This document shows positions 1 through 11,470 of a stretch of 64,000 bases of DNA, one piece after another. Source of the DNA: a virus; IMG/VR virus record IMGVR_UViG_3300028844_005216, positions 1 to 64,000 of that record; one strand, 5' to 3'. The position numbers were made by a program, and so were the translations under genes. The first letter of the stretch is position 1. Each line of letters begins with the position of its first letter. Under the pieces are notes generated by a model. The model saw only the letters and a program-made list of their open reading frames with translations. It had not been told where the DNA came from and made no database searches.

Positions 1-3000
1 TCGATTATTAGAAACCACATATGGTCTGGCATCAATCATGTTTCGCAGAGCATAGATCTTTCCAGACGGGCTCTTGTATTCAGGAATTTCACTGTACTTA
101 ATATCTGCTGCAACAACACTCAAAATGTCACCAGCAATAGAAATCCCAGATTCATTATATCCAGTAATCGTCTCACCGATAACGAATTCTGGAACAGAAA
201 CCCCGATGGGTCCGCGAACATCCTGAAGACGCATCTTTGCAACACCGCTTGTATTGGCATACTCAAGGACGTATGCAGTAGTTCCGTTGTTTGCCTTAAC
301 TTCCATTCCTACCGTAAATCCAGACTGGTCGGGGGCATGATTGAGGGTCAAGTCGGTGGTGTACTGATATGAGTCAACCGAGAAAAATCCGGGGGAATCA
401 AGTTCTTCAGTCTGTGTCAGACTCTTTGGATTATCAACTCGCTCAAAGCGATCAAAGATGACAAGAACATTTCCTGAAGGAGCATCTACATCCGTCTTCA
501 AAATAAGTGATGCATTATCGTAGAAAGAATCTCGTTGACCGTTATCCAGAATAAATGAAGAGGTGATGTCCAGTTGAGTATTGGCAATATCTCCATCTAT
601 GGTGTTAACACCAGAGTTTTCTATTTTATGAATGACCTTATGGATCTTGAACACATCAGGCTTTCCGATAGAAAATCGCGAACCTGCTGCATTTGAATAT
701 GTCCCCTTTTCAAACATAACATGACCATTAGCGTAATCAGTTAGGGATGATGTCGAAGGTATTCCAGAATATGTCGTATTCGCTTTTACTAATCTCTTGT
801 AGGCTGGATATGCTTCAATTGCCTTCACCGTATAGAGAAGAACATATTCTTGACCCGAAACAAAATTAAATCCAGCAGTCGTAACGGCTATATTGAAACT
901 ACTAGTAGTTTGAACTTGCGTAATCTTATTGGTCAAAACCACCCCAGTAGTCCGATTCACGAGGGTGTAATTTTTCTTCAATTCGATTGGGTCAGTAATT
1001 ATATCATTCGTATACGGATAAGGAAGAGGTCTGTCGAAGAACTTATAATCCCCATCCGAGTTACCCACAACAAAGGTCAAATCAGGGGTGTTATCCCCAG
1101 ACTGTTGCGAATATTCTGTGTAGTAAAATTCAGTGTTTCCCGAAAAACCTGTATCCAAAGAACCGTGTGCGACAACAGACTTTACTGCACTTCTTCCGAT
1201 ATCAAAGAGAAGAGCGTCTTCCCCTGCCGGAGCATTTCCATGTCGATTGTAACCTGTGTCACCATCAACACGATTACCATAAACCCGATCCGTCAACTTG
1301 TCTTTTGGTTTTCCTACAACACCAGAAATGGGATCAATATTCCACGATTGGTTTAAAACAGCAGGATATTGAGATGCACCTGTAGCAGAGATGTTCTGAT
1401 TATATACAACAGAACGGGCTTGAGACATGGGTAGGTTAATCGTATAGGAATCGCCAGATTTAGGAATTTGGGCAAAGTCAGAATCAACAATAACAGTTCC
1501 GGGCTTTGAATATCCAAACCGAGAACTGTAACTTTCCGTTGCATCGGAATTTGTTCCAATATAATCAATAATGGTTTTGGGTGGAGAGTTTCCTAATCGA
1601 ATTGTTCCGCCAATATACGAACCATTCCATGCGGCAGAACTATACGAATCCAAAACAACTGATCGGCTTGGGCTAACATTTCCTGTGGTTCTATACAATT
1701 GTCCGTCCAGAGTGGAAGTCGTAGATACCGGAATCGAGTAGGTATTATCAATAACAATCTCAGTTGCCGCGACTTCAAGCACTGGAATAAAATCGACATT
1801 AAAATACTCCCTTGAAGCAGGATATCCCGTAACCGAAATTTGATCATCTGTCGTGATTCCGTGTGACACTGATGCAAAGTTGAAACGTGTATACCCCTCG
1901 GAATTGGAGGACACCTCTGTGAGGTCAATAACATTATCTACGGAAACTGTATTCGCAACATTTGCACTCTTGAAATCACCCAAATACAAATCATATGAGT
2001 ATCCGGGTCTTGACGCGGAGTTGGAAGCATTCGTGGCTTCAACATCATAAAGAAATTGAGTTGGTCTTGCCGTCCCAACAAGCGTAGAAGCCCACTTCCA
2101 TTCATCAGTTAGACTGTATCTCTCAACCATGTCCTTTGGAACAGAATGAATTGATACCGCAGCACCTCTCTGACCGTAATCATCAGTTGATACATGAACC
2201 CCCGCTCCAGACCCAACAACAAAAAGCCCATTTGCATTTTCAGGATTTGTTGCATTTATGGTATCCGCTCGATCATGCACAATTACATAATTGTCGCCAT
2301 AGGTGTTATTGATTTGTATATTTTCCTTGATGGTATCTCTACCCTTTTTAATATCAAAGGCACTATTGAAATTCAAACTATGACGATAGCCACCAACATA
2401 AGCAACACCTTGGTTCATGTGGGCAGATATAATAGGATTGTCTTTCGTTGTCTTATTTCTTAGTTGAAGATTATATCGTTCTACAATATAATTTCCACTT
2501 TCTTCAAAGGTTCTTTCAGCCATCTTTTTGCCAAGAAGGTTGTAAATATTTTGACCCGCATTTGTGTCAGAAACAAGAATGTTACCATTCTGAATTCTTG
2601 CAATTTCAATAAAATTATGAACACCCTCTTCTGTTATAGTAGAACCATCTCCAATTTTTACGAGGGTTAATACTATTTTATATCTATCAGCGCCGGGAGC
2701 AGAATAATTGGAATAGTTTGCTGCCGGGTCCAAGGTTTTAGGATCGTCCGTGATCAGTTTTTCTTCAACAATATACCCGACTCGATAAGTACAATCATCG
2801 GAATATTTTGAAAGGGTAAGGCTCCCTCCAGTAGATTGAACAAAAATACCCTTCCAGTAATACACGCCAGCGGCTACGCTTAGCTGAGTAGATGTTCCAT
2901 AATGAGTAGACACTCCCGCAGCAGTCTGATTCATTGCTCTTACACGATATTTTGTAATGCCACTAGTCTTATCTATAACGCTGAGAAGTTCTCCCGCCAA

Positions 3001-3435
3001 AAAGCCATCAGTATTTACATCATCAGGCTCTCCACCATCCCACTTAAAATAAATTGTATTCGGATCATTATTTTCTGATGCAATAACACTCGTGATCGTT
3101 GCAGTTCTTGCTCCAACCGTTTGCGTTGTTGCAGGTTTACTAAGACCTGTTCCGGGCATGATTGTACTGATTCTTACAGGAGATCCCTCAAAGGTGGGCT
3201 GAATCGCAAGCCACTTCGTATCGCTTCGATCATAATTAATTTCACCACCAGAAATCAAAGAACCATCTTTAAACATATGGGAACTTACATTCTTTATCTG
3301 GTTTTGTAGAAGTGTTTGTATTTGCGTAAGCTCTCGGGCCTGAACAGATCTACCCGGTCTAAACAGAAGGCGATAATAATTATCGTCTGGAGTAAAATCG
3401 TCATAATATGGAAATCTGTTAAAGTCGATAGGCAT
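1..3435 (-). CDS. Large virion structural protein, DUF4815/VrlC-like (runs off the left edge)
   Basis: Absent from the ORF track because it has no stop in the window. ATG at 3435 reads MPIDFNRFPYYDDFTPDDNYYRLLFRPGRSVQARELTQIQTLLQNQI, typical of T4-like DUF4815 proteins. The same frame at the window edge reads YALRNMIDARPYVVSNNR. The full length was not checked codon by codon. Confidence 0.85.
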   Translation of the reverse strand, partial: MPIDFNRFPYYDDFTPDDNYYRLLFRPGRSVQARELTQIQTLLQNQIKNVSSHMFKDGSLISGGEINYDRSDTKWLAIQPTFEGSPVRISTIMPGTGLSKPATTQTVGARTATITSVIASENNDPNTIYFKWDGGEPDDVNTDGFLAGELLSVIDKTSGITKYRVRAMNQTAAGVSTHYGTSTQLSVAAGVYYWKGIFVQSTGGSLTLSKYSDDCTYRVGYIVEEKLITDDPKTLDPAANYSNYSAPGADRYKIVLTLVKIGDGSTITEEGVHNFIEIARIQNGNILVSDTNAGQNIYNLLGKKMAERTFEESGNYIVERYNLQLRNKTTKDNPIISAHMNQGVAYVGGYRHSLNFNSAFDIKKGRDTIKENIQINNTYGDNYVIVHDRADTINATNPENANGLFVVGSGAGVHVSTDDYGQRGAAVSIHSVPKDMVERYSLTDEWKWASTLVGTARPTQFLYDVEATNASNSASRPGYSYDLYLGDFKSANVANTVSVDNVIDLTEVSSNSEGYTRFNFASVSHGITTDDQISVTGYPASREYFNVDFIPVLEVAATEIVIDNTYSIPVSTTSTLDGQLYRTTGNVSPSRSVVLDSYSSAAWNGSYIGGTIRLGNSPPKTIIDYIGTNSDATESYSSRFGYSKPGTVIVDSDFAQIPKSGDSYTINLPMSQARSVVYNQNISATGASQYPAVLNQSWNIDPISGVVGKPKDKLTDRVYGNRVDGDTGYNRHGNAPAGEDALLFDIGRSAVKSVVAHGSLDTGFSGNTEFYYTEYSQQSGDNTPDLTFVVGNSDGDYKFFDRPLPYPYTNDIITDPIELKKNYTLVNRTTGVVLTNKITQVQTTSSFNIAVTTAGFNFVSGQEYVLLYTVKAIEAYPAYKRLVKANTTYSGIPSTSSLTDYANGHVMFEKGTYSNAAGSRFSIGKPDVFKIHKVIHKIENSGVNTIDGDIANTQLDITSSFILDNGQRDSFYDNASLILKTDVDAPSGNVLVIFDRFERVDNPKSLTQTEELDSPGFFSVDSYQYTTDLTLNHAPDQSGFTVGMEVKANNGTTAYVLEYANTSGVAKMRLQDVRGPIGVSVPEFVIGETITGYNESGISIAGDILSVVAADIKYSEIPEYKSPSGKIYALRNMIDARPYVVSNNR

Positions 3436-3464
3436 TTATGCTGGTCCCTTTAAGTCTTTAATAT

Positions 3465-5207
3465 TTAGAACTCAAAAACAAATTTAAACTGTTCTTTTTG
3501 ATCCGTTCGTCTAGTTATCGGAGAAATATTTTCATGATAAACGATTTGTCCTATATATTTAGCAACACTAGAAGGAACAACAGAATCTATAGGATGTTTT
3601 TGTGAATTTAATGGGTATTCAAAGTTATTAATATTTTGAGTGGAAATTCGTGCGCTGTCACCAAGTCTATTGTATATGATATCACCATTTGCAAATTGAC
3701 CCTGAACATCAATTATTGACAGATAACGATTCGGCAGTGAACCGCAGACGTTATAAACAAGACCAGAAGCGGTTTCAGTATTTAAATCCGCAGAATTATA
3801 AACTCGCTGATCTACCTGAAAATTGACCGTCTCAGAAGAACCAAAATACAAAGTAGTTCTCATGTCATATGAATCTCGACTAGCACGCCGACCTAGATGA
3901 GTATCTATCGGATTCCTAACAACACCAACCTGTCTATAGTCATTTCCATATCCAGAAAATATTCCGGTTTGATGGTCGCGAGCCACGATAGTTTGTGGTG
4001 CCACAATAACATATTTAGCGTTCAATTCAAAGAAGGTATTGTATCCATGACCACCACCAGAAGGGGGAATAATAAATTCAACATTTGCATTTGTTCCATT
4101 CGGGTGAACATCGGCTCCTGCTGATGTCGAATCATAAACTCCATTAATGATTACATTTGCACTAGTCCCGTTTGCATATCCTCTACCAATTAAAGAGGTT
4201 TCTATAGAAACAAGATTTCCTGCTGCATTAAGTTTTCCTATTCCCAAAAATCCTGCGCCACTTAAATCACCGTCAGGGGCATGTACCATTGGACCAATAA
4301 TAAACGAATCGCCATTAGCAACTTCGCTGATAGCAGCATCTAAAACTAAATTCGCTGATGTTTTTGTCGCACCATCTGGACCGGGAACACCATTGCTATC
4401 TACTTTGTAGTCTATTATTTTCTTATAAGTTCCCGTACCCATTCCGGTCGTTACAAAAAACGCAGAGTTATTGTAATAGTCATTCCAAGGAGCAAGCCCA
4501 GAGTCAGCAATAACCTTAATCTCATTCGACACCGTATTTGAATTGAGTGTTGTAAAAATTGTGGCGTTTGAGGCCATAGTCGAATACGACGTATTGACAA
4601 ATCCAGTTCCTCTATAATATTCACCAATTCCGTCTATGTTATTTGTGGGGATTGGGACGTGTATAATGCCCCCCATTCGGCTGCTGCTAGAAACATCTTG
4701 ATCGACAAAGGCAGGGATAACATTGGCAGTGGCAAATTTCACAAAATCAGATTCCCTGATCGTATACATATATTTCCATGCATATCCATCAGGCTCTCTA
4801 GTGATTCCCAAATTTTTATGGGTAGGCTTTGATGTTGAATTTGAATGTCCATTATTATCTAAACACTTATATACATCTCGGTTAGACGCTCCCGCCAAAA
4901 CATAATAGTCTGTGCCCAAGTCGGTGTTTGCATGATGAAATCTAGAATACGCAGTATCCGATGCCCAATCATTTCGCACAATACCAAGAGAAACTTCACT
5001 AGAAGTAATGCGAACCATTCCTGCCATATTATTCCAAATAGAATTGTTATATCCGTCAGTATCTTCTGGAGTAGGAGGAGAATTGTCATCCCCCCATTCC
5101 ACAACTTTTCCGACGTACAGATATAAATTCTCTGTCTTTGAACCAAAAACAGATGCGAATGTAAGCGCATTATATGTACTGAGTGTTTTTCCTATTAATG
5201 CAGGCAA
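3465..5207 (-). CDS. gp8: Baseplate wedge subunit gp8
   Basis: YLYVGK..W.DDNSPP.P, RNDW, VYKCLDNN, DGYAWKYMYTI, NDYRQVGVVRNP and C-terminal R..DQKEQFKFVFEF; synteny with gp7/gp6. Confidence 0.9.
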   Translation of the reverse strand: MPALIGKTLSTYNALTFASVFGSKTENLYLYVGKVVEWGDDNSPPTPEDTDGYNNSIWNNMAGMVRITSSEVSLGIVRNDWASDTAYSRFHHANTDLGTDYYVLAGASNRDVYKCLDNNGHSNSTSKPTHKNLGITREPDGYAWKYMYTIRESDFVKFATANVIPAFVDQDVSSSSRMGGIIHVPIPTNNIDGIGEYYRGTGFVNTSYSTMASNATIFTTLNSNTVSNEIKVIADSGLAPWNDYYNNSAFFVTTGMGTGTYKKIIDYKVDSNGVPGPDGATKTSANLVLDAAISEVANGDSFIIGPMVHAPDGDLSGAGFLGIGKLNAAGNLVSIETSLIGRGYANGTSANVIINGVYDSTSAGADVHPNGTNANVEFIIPPSGGGHGYNTFFELNAKYVIVAPQTIVARDHQTGIFSGYGNDYRQVGVVRNPIDTHLGRRASRDSYDMRTTLYFGSSETVNFQVDQRVYNSADLNTETASGLVYNVCGSLPNRYLSIIDVQGQFANGDIIYNRLGDSARISTQNINNFEYPLNSQKHPIDSVVPSSVAKYIGQIVYHENISPITRRTDQKEQFKFVFEF

Positions 5208-5237
5208 GACGTTTCTCCTGTTACAATACTTTACTAT

Positions 5238-8200
5238 TTAGTATTCTAAATTCCAATTGTTTGATCCCTCTGCATTTGGTGAAACTTCACCGTATGGATG
5301 GGGATGACTATTTCCCGAAATGGAAACAAAATCAATATCATAATTCGCTCCTCCTCCTGTATCCCGATCAAATACATACTTCAAATTCGTTATTCGTTTT
5401 GTTTTCCACGCAGCAGTTTCAGAAAGGTCAACTGTGTGATCGAACCGATCACCCGTAGTGCCGGTGTGATCTAGCTTCTGATCAAACATAGAGGTTTCAT
5501 TTCCATCAACATCCTTAAAGACAAGGTAAGAATCTTGGGACGAAGCCACCGAGCCTCGTTTTGTAAATCGGATTTTAAATGTATTATATGCAGCACCATC
5601 AAATTGAACTGCCGTGGATTTTTCCATGATCAGATTGGCTGTGCCACTTGTCGATGGGACAACAACCTGAATTTCATTATTTGAATCAGCAACACCATCA
5701 TATGAGGTCCAGACAAATCCAGAAGTATCAACAACATCACTTTGACGAACCCCACCGTCGTCCAAATAGAAATCCCAGCCGTCTGCTGTGTTTGCGAATT
5801 CCCATCTATACTTTTCAATATCGGGGCTTCCGCTCCCATCATCCTCTTTGTGATTCAAGTTGTCCTGAAGACCATACTTGTGTGCCAGATAACCTTCAAC
5901 CTTTGCAATATTGTTATTCGACAGTTTCTCATTGAAGACAAGAATTTCTGCAATATCACCATCCCAATCGTTGGTTCCATATGGATATACACTCTTGACA
6001 GGATTGCTGGAAGTTGCTGTCGCATTACCCGGAGCCCACTTTCCAATTGAAGTCACATGATTATTCTGGGACAACCAATCCATTCCTGAATTTTCTGAAA
6101 CAAAACCATCAAGACCAAGAATTTCTGAATTCGAGTATCGTCTTCCATCAATATGGAAATTCAAAACATCACCAATCGCATCGCCAGATGCAACCGCATT
6201 CACCGACACACCCACAATTCGGAAAGTATTGTTCGTTGTCGGAGATTCGTGTGTGAATGTTGCCGTCGTATCGGTTTCCATCGAATCCATACCAGCCGTT
6301 GAATTGACCACTGCTGCACGCAACGCACCATTGTCATCAATATCAGAACGATAACCAAGATTTATTGTTCCGGTTGCTCCTGCGGAATTATAAAGTGCAT
6401 CTTCATTTCCGGCATAACCCGAATTGAAAATCGTCGGACTGGACGTACCATATGATGCCGTGTTAATGCCAAGATTAGATTTAACAACAGCAAGAACCGT
6501 CCATGAATTTGCAACAGGTCTTGGTAGAGAGGGTGAACTCAATGTTCCCCCAACGAATCCACCCGAAGAATTACCACGAAGTTTAGACTGGAATCCTGAA
6601 GTTGATGGCTTGAAGTTTGTTGCGTCTCCGTATTCAAGAGCAATAGAATTTACAGATCCACCAATGGAACTATACTGATAAACATTGCCCGTATTCTTGA
6701 CCGTATTGGCAGAGAAGCGAATAGCAGGCTTTCCATTGATTGCATTGGCAACATACTGTGGGTGATAGAATATTCCACCATGAGTATTTGCATAGACATG
6801 GTGCTTATTCAGACTTTGGTCAAACCAAGAAATAACATTAGAACCACTCAATCCAGTTTCAATGTATGGTGAGGGTGTATGCTGCCCCCACACGGTTCCG
6901 TGTGATGCCGAATCATATTCTTCAAGCATGAAGCCGTCAAAATGATATGTCGTTAAATTTCCTGTTGCTTGGTCATGAGAATCTCTGTCGGGCAACAAAA
7001 TTCTAAATCCGGCGCGGGTGTGTGGATATGCCGAAAGATCAACAACCATCGCATGTCTTTTCCATGTGTTCTCGGAGTCAAATGATTCAAAATATGATGG
7101 TCTTGATGTTCCATTTCCAACTTCCACCGAAGTATCTGCCCCGGCTGTATTTCCAAGTGCTGTGTATAGACCAAAGGAATTCGTTTGTGTTGCGTCATCC
7201 TTTGTTGTGTTACTCGTCTTGGCATAGACACTGAATAACCACTTTTTGTGTGATTCGATGACGATTGGATGATGAACGTCGTCATCCATATTTTTAAAAT
7301 CCCCAGAACCAAATATATTAGTATCCGTAGAATCAATCGGAAAATCAAAGGATGGAGAGGTGCTTGTATGTTGATCAATTATCTTTAATGATCGTTTCCC
7401 AACATACACATCATCAGATTTTGCGATAACGTCTACGCCTGCTGAGATAGTTTCTAGTGCATAATCTTCATCTAAATCCTCAAAGTTACTAAACGCAACA
7501 GGAAAACGATTTCTCTCGGTTCCGTATGTTCCGTTTGCGGTAGAATCTCCATACCCTCGATACTCAACATTCTGCGGAGAAATCGCATCGGCTCTCCACC
7601 ATGCAGACAGAGAGTCTAATTGGTTTGGACTGAAAGTATCATTGAGATGCCCTTCAGAAGAAACGCTGATCGGAACATCAGACTCACTGACCTTAGTTCC
7701 AAACATTTTCATTCCGGCAGGATGAACTGTATCTTTTACGATCCTACCATATCCATTGGCAGTTCCCATCTGTTGCTTTGTGCGAATATCATATGCAGAT
7801 AGTTGCCAGTAATAATTGTCTTGAAGATTTGAAGATACCGAAAGCAAACTTCTGGAATTTTCCAGATAGGCTCCTGTGCGATTCCCCTCTTGTGTCTGAA
7901 GAGCTGTCATCTCATCCAAAGAAATATAATCAATTTCAGTTATTCCTTGTGAGTATGCAGCACCATCTCCGGGCTCGTTGACCTTGAATGTTGGAACAAT
8001 ATATGTTGTGTTGAATGGTAACTTAGTATTACCATCCAATGCTTTTTGCAATGAATTGAATTTCCCCTGAGTTCCTGTCGGCAAGTCAATGCGACCACCA
8101 TTCCCGTAGCTATTTGAATCGTATGGTCCGGTTGTAGTCTTTTGATCTTCAACGCCACCAAAATAACCAACGTAAGTATAAAATTGATCGTCTATAGATT

Positions 8201-9515
8201 GCTTATGAGACACGAACCAGAATGGATTGTCATATGTATTCGCATACGAATCCGAACCTAATATTCTAAAATCATGTCGATATGCAGTAATTCCAGCAGA
8301 AAATCGGTTTCCGTTCGCAACAGAAAATGAGGAATTACCACCAAGATCTCGGGCTCGAACAGTCATTCTGTATAGATTATCCGGGCTACTAATTCCAAGG
8401 AGGTCCGAATGAACAAAATGTCTCATGTCACTATACGCAGTGGCATCGGTTAAATCATTATTGCCAATCTGCAAAGCGCGAGAGTTAAACAATGCACTAG
8501 CAGAGTTTCCAACCATTTTAATTTCGCCGGTTCCGGGTCCGGTTGTATGCCACAATCCAGTATTTGAATATGCAATATTTGATGTTCCCCAAGGAGGATT
8601 GTTACTGGTAGATTGGTTGAACTTCCGACCATCATACAAAGAGACTAAAGAGTTGGCAGAGTGATAATCATATGATTCATAATAATGAATTTGCTTGGTT
8701 TGGGGAAGCGTAATAACCTTCTTAATAGAGGTGTTGGTCGTGGCTCCATCCATGTAATACAAATTTTCATGAATTTTAAAATCACCAAAGACACTGGTCA
8801 AATACACATAAGCATATGCCCTGCCATGCTCTAAGAACTTTCGGCTATCATGAATACTCGTATTTCCAACAGCCCCGCTTGTTTGGGTTGTTGAATTAGG
8901 AATGTTTCCTACAACAAAACTGTCGCTACTGTCCCTTACAACTTGAACATATTCAACTGTTGCATATGCACCAGACTCCGAACCTACAATTTTTTTATTT
9001 GATATGTCATTTATGTTTTCGGTATATGTGGTCTTGAGTCTTGATCGTTTTACATATTCACCACCACTCGCGACCAGCACATCTGTGCCGGGATAATAAA
9101 TTTCAATTTCTTCATTATAAAGAAGACGAAATAACGCCCGGAAAGAATCTTCTGTGCCTACTGCCTGATAAAACTGGATGAGGTTTTTATACAGAGTGGC
9201 TTTGTTTGTTCCATTATACAATTCTTGAGGAAACGAATAGGCGTATTCTTTCCTAAACGATTCGACAAAATGATCGAAATCCGTTCGATCAACATCATTG
9301 ATATCTTGAATTAGTTTTGATGCAGAATCGAACCCATAGTAATATACACCGCTTCCAGCAGACGTTTCTAAAACAGAATTGTTTGAAGCGAATTCATAAT
9401 ACTTTTCAATGAAGGTTATGAATTTCGGATGGTCTTCCCGAACAAACGCCGGAACGTGTTGGGAAACCAGAAAAGACGTTTGATGTGAATTTGCCGTTCT
9501 GTTGATGGGTGACAT
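5238..9515 (-). CDS. Baseplate wedge gp7-like protein with long C-terminal lectin/LamG-like extension
   Basis: N-terminal VPAFVREDHPKFITFIEKYYEF, FYQAVGTEDSFRALFRLLY, LQDNYYWQ..YDI, HPAGMKMFG; later AWWRAD, WFDQSLN and GDIAEILVFNEKLS...VEGYLAHKYG (LamG-like). Confidence 0.75.
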   Translation of the reverse strand: MSPINRTANSHQTSFLVSQHVPAFVREDHPKFITFIEKYYEFASNNSVLETSAGSGVYYYGFDSASKLIQDINDVDRTDFDHFVESFRKEYAYSFPQELYNGTNKATLYKNLIQFYQAVGTEDSFRALFRLLYNEEIEIYYPGTDVLVASGGEYVKRSRLKTTYTENINDISNKKIVGSESGAYATVEYVQVVRDSSDSFVVGNIPNSTTQTSGAVGNTSIHDSRKFLEHGRAYAYVYLTSVFGDFKIHENLYYMDGATTNTSIKKVITLPQTKQIHYYESYDYHSANSLVSLYDGRKFNQSTSNNPPWGTSNIAYSNTGLWHTTGPGTGEIKMVGNSASALFNSRALQIGNNDLTDATAYSDMRHFVHSDLLGISSPDNLYRMTVRARDLGGNSSFSVANGNRFSAGITAYRHDFRILGSDSYANTYDNPFWFVSHKQSIDDQFYTYVGYFGGVEDQKTTTGPYDSNSYGNGGRIDLPTGTQGKFNSLQKALDGNTKLPFNTTYIVPTFKVNEPGDGAAYSQGITEIDYISLDEMTALQTQEGNRTGAYLENSRSLLSVSSNLQDNYYWQLSAYDIRTKQQMGTANGYGRIVKDTVHPAGMKMFGTKVSESDVPISVSSEGHLNDTFSPNQLDSLSAWWRADAISPQNVEYRGYGDSTANGTYGTERNRFPVAFSNFEDLDEDYALETISAGVDVIAKSDDVYVGKRSLKIIDQHTSTSPSFDFPIDSTDTNIFGSGDFKNMDDDVHHPIVIESHKKWLFSVYAKTSNTTKDDATQTNSFGLYTALGNTAGADTSVEVGNGTSRPSYFESFDSENTWKRHAMVVDLSAYPHTRAGFRILLPDRDSHDQATGNLTTYHFDGFMLEEYDSASHGTVWGQHTPSPYIETGLSGSNVISWFDQSLNKHHVYANTHGGIFYHPQYVANAINGKPAIRFSANTVKNTGNVYQYSSIGGSVNSIALEYGDATNFKPSTSGFQSKLRGNSSGGFVGGTLSSPSLPRPVANSWTVLAVVKSNLGINTASYGTSSPTIFNSGYAGNEDALYNSAGATGTINLGYRSDIDDNGALRAAVVNSTAGMDSMETDTTATFTHESPTTNNTFRIVGVSVNAVASGDAIGDVLNFHIDGRRYSNSEILGLDGFVSENSGMDWLSQNNHVTSIGKWAPGNATATSSNPVKSVYPYGTNDWDGDIAEILVFNEKLSNNNIAKVEGYLAHKYGLQDNLNHKEDDGSGSPDIEKYRWEFANTADGWDFYLDDGGVRQSDVVDTSGFVWTSYDGVADSNNEIQVVVPSTSGTANLIMEKSTAVQFDGAAYNTFKIRFTKRGSVASSQDSYLVFKDVDGNETSMFDQKLDHTGTTGDRFDHTVDLSETAAWKTKRITNLKYVFDRDTGGGANYDIDFVSISGNSHPHPYGEVSPNAEGSNNWNLEY

Positions 9516-9535
9516 AATATATCAAACACTCCTAG

Positions 9536-11470
9536 TTAGTAACTGCGTACTCGATTTTCTTGTATTCTATTAGTATCATCAATCGCGAGTACCTTTACAT
9601 CGGAGGTATCAATTGTGATAAAAGTGTTTTTCTGTGGAATGATATCATTAATTGCGGGTTGGGCAATAAAATACAGATAAGTTTCGTTACCAAAAAGTGC
9701 AGATATGTGTGAAGTAAAAGCTACTTCCCCTGTTGTATAATCAACTTGTCCAATATTATCCTCAATAATTCTATTATCAGAAACACCATAATCAGACATA
9801 GTTGTGTCATTTCCAACAGACGAGTCAAGGACTCGTCCAAGCACCACCTCGCCGCCGGGAGGAGCCTCGATGGTTCCACTCACTCCCCCAGAATTTCCTT
9901 TTTGGGACAACACGATTCTCAAAATTCCATCGTGATCAGTAATATAACAATTTTCAACTCCACCATAAGTAAAGAGGCTGGAACGAAGAACCGGAGCATG
10001 ACCAGCATGAGGTCGATTCAATGCGTTATTAAATTCTAGCTCATATCTTCGGCGAACCTTTAGTTCGGGCAATATTCGTTTTTTCATTGCAATAGTTGTT
10101 GTATTATTTTTAATTGCAAATTCCGTTTCATCAATCATCTTGGTCAAAGCAGTGTATCTGAAATAATCTTCAAACCGAGTAAGCTGCGTCGTGCTGTAAT
10201 TTAAAATTCTCGCTTTAACTAGATCACTAAGTTGAGTCGCATTTCGCGATGTCTGCCGTGGATCAAAACTAATGGTAGAGTTAACAGCAACAAACAGGTA
10301 ATCCGGTTCAACAAAACGAGTATTGACAGTTACAATATTTCGCTTTTTGATAATATCATTTGCAATTTTGTATTGTTCTGCCTGTGACAAAACATATCCA
10401 GTTCTTGGCTTAACACTTACATAGACAGTGCCGAACTCCGGGGGATTATTATCCTCTCCACCCCAAACGCGAACACTGTCAACAAGAGTATAATCATTTT
10501 CCAATCTCGTTTTATAATCATTGGTTGTAACCAATCTCTTTTGAAGACCAAATTGCCTCGGTGCCTGAATTTTGATTGACGAAGTAGTTTCTCTTTCTGA
10601 TCCGCCCGCTGACCGAGTATACCCAGAAGAGAGTGTCAAATCAACGGAAGTTGCTCCACTAACAGTTTCCGCGAGAAAAAAGGTTCTTGCCCCATTTCCA
10701 TCAATTCCTAGTTGAGAAGCATTGTATGTAATTTGAACTATCTCTGAAATAGAAGGTTTCTTTCCAACCACTCCATCACCAAAATAAATTTCATAGCGAT
10801 TTTGATTTCCTTCTTGAAGAAAATAAACCTTTGATGTTGAAGAAATTTCTGTGAGATCATCTGCCTTTGTGAATATCTCTCCACCAGCAGCAACAATTAA
10901 CGTTGTAGTGTCAACGTCTTCATTCGGAATAACAAAAGTCTCATTCGTGTTTCCCTGAACGGTATAGGTTTCAGAAAAAGAAATCCCCTCCGTTATCTGA
11001 AGATTTAGGACTTCATGTTTCGCTGTCGTGGAATTATAAACCGAAGTCCTAGCCTGTGTAGTCAAGAATGTATATGCATCTGGACCAATTCTAGTAGTAA
11101 ACTTTGCATTTCTTGGAATAGTTATTGGAACGTTTTCGGAAGCCCCTTCAAAAACTACATCCAAATCAATAGTTGATCCCCGCTTAGATGATGGGGTATA
11201 ACCAAGATGCTTTGCAAGGGAAACGATTGATGACCGGAGAGATGCGCTGTCCATAAACATTTCACTAGCGAGCATGTTCGTGTAAAACCCATTGTAGTGT
11301 GTATTGTATGCAAGCACATCAAGAAGAATGTTAATGGCAGAACCTTCAAAATCATAGTCTGCAAATTCAGTCTGACCGCGAAGAAAGGTTTTCAAAGCAG
11401 TTTTGATAGAATCAAAATCAAGCTCTGCGATCTTTAACTTGTTCGTCTCAGTTATATAATTAGTAGCCAT
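9536..11470 (-). CDS. gp6: Baseplate wedge subunit gp6
   Basis: LDFDSIKTALKTFL..Q.EF.DYDFEGSA...LLDVLAYNTHYN, RLVTTNDY, VWGGEDNNPPEFG. Confidence 0.95.
   Translation of the reverse strand: MATNYITETNKLKIAELDFDSIKTALKTFLRGQTEFADYDFEGSAINILLDVLAYNTHYNGFYTNMLASEMFMDSASLRSSIVSLAKHLGYTPSSKRGSTIDLDVVFEGASENVPITIPRNAKFTTRIGPDAYTFLTTQARTSVYNSTTAKHEVLNLQITEGISFSETYTVQGNTNETFVIPNEDVDTTTLIVAAGGEIFTKADDLTEISSTSKVYFLQEGNQNRYEIYFGDGVVGKKPSISEIVQITYNASQLGIDGNGARTFFLAETVSGATSVDLTLSSGYTRSAGGSERETTSSIKIQAPRQFGLQKRLVTTNDYKTRLENDYTLVDSVRVWGGEDNNPPEFGTVYVSVKPRTGYVLSQAEQYKIANDIIKKRNIVTVNTRFVEPDYLFVAVNSTISFDPRQTSRNATQLSDLVKARILNYSTTQLTRFEDYFRYTALTKMIDETEFAIKNNTTTIAMKKRILPELKVRRRYELEFNNALNRPHAGHAPVLRSSLFTYGGVENCYITDHDGILRIVLSQKGNSGGVSGTIEAPPGGEVVLGRVLDSSVGNDTTMSDYGVSDNRIIEDNIGQVDYTTGEVAFTSHISALFGNETYLYFIAQPAINDIIPQKNTFITIDTSDVKVLAIDDTNRIQENRVRSY

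Noticed and set aside
850-3309. Several short ORFs from the track
   Set aside because: They overlap the long minus-strand DUF4815-like frame that runs off the window.
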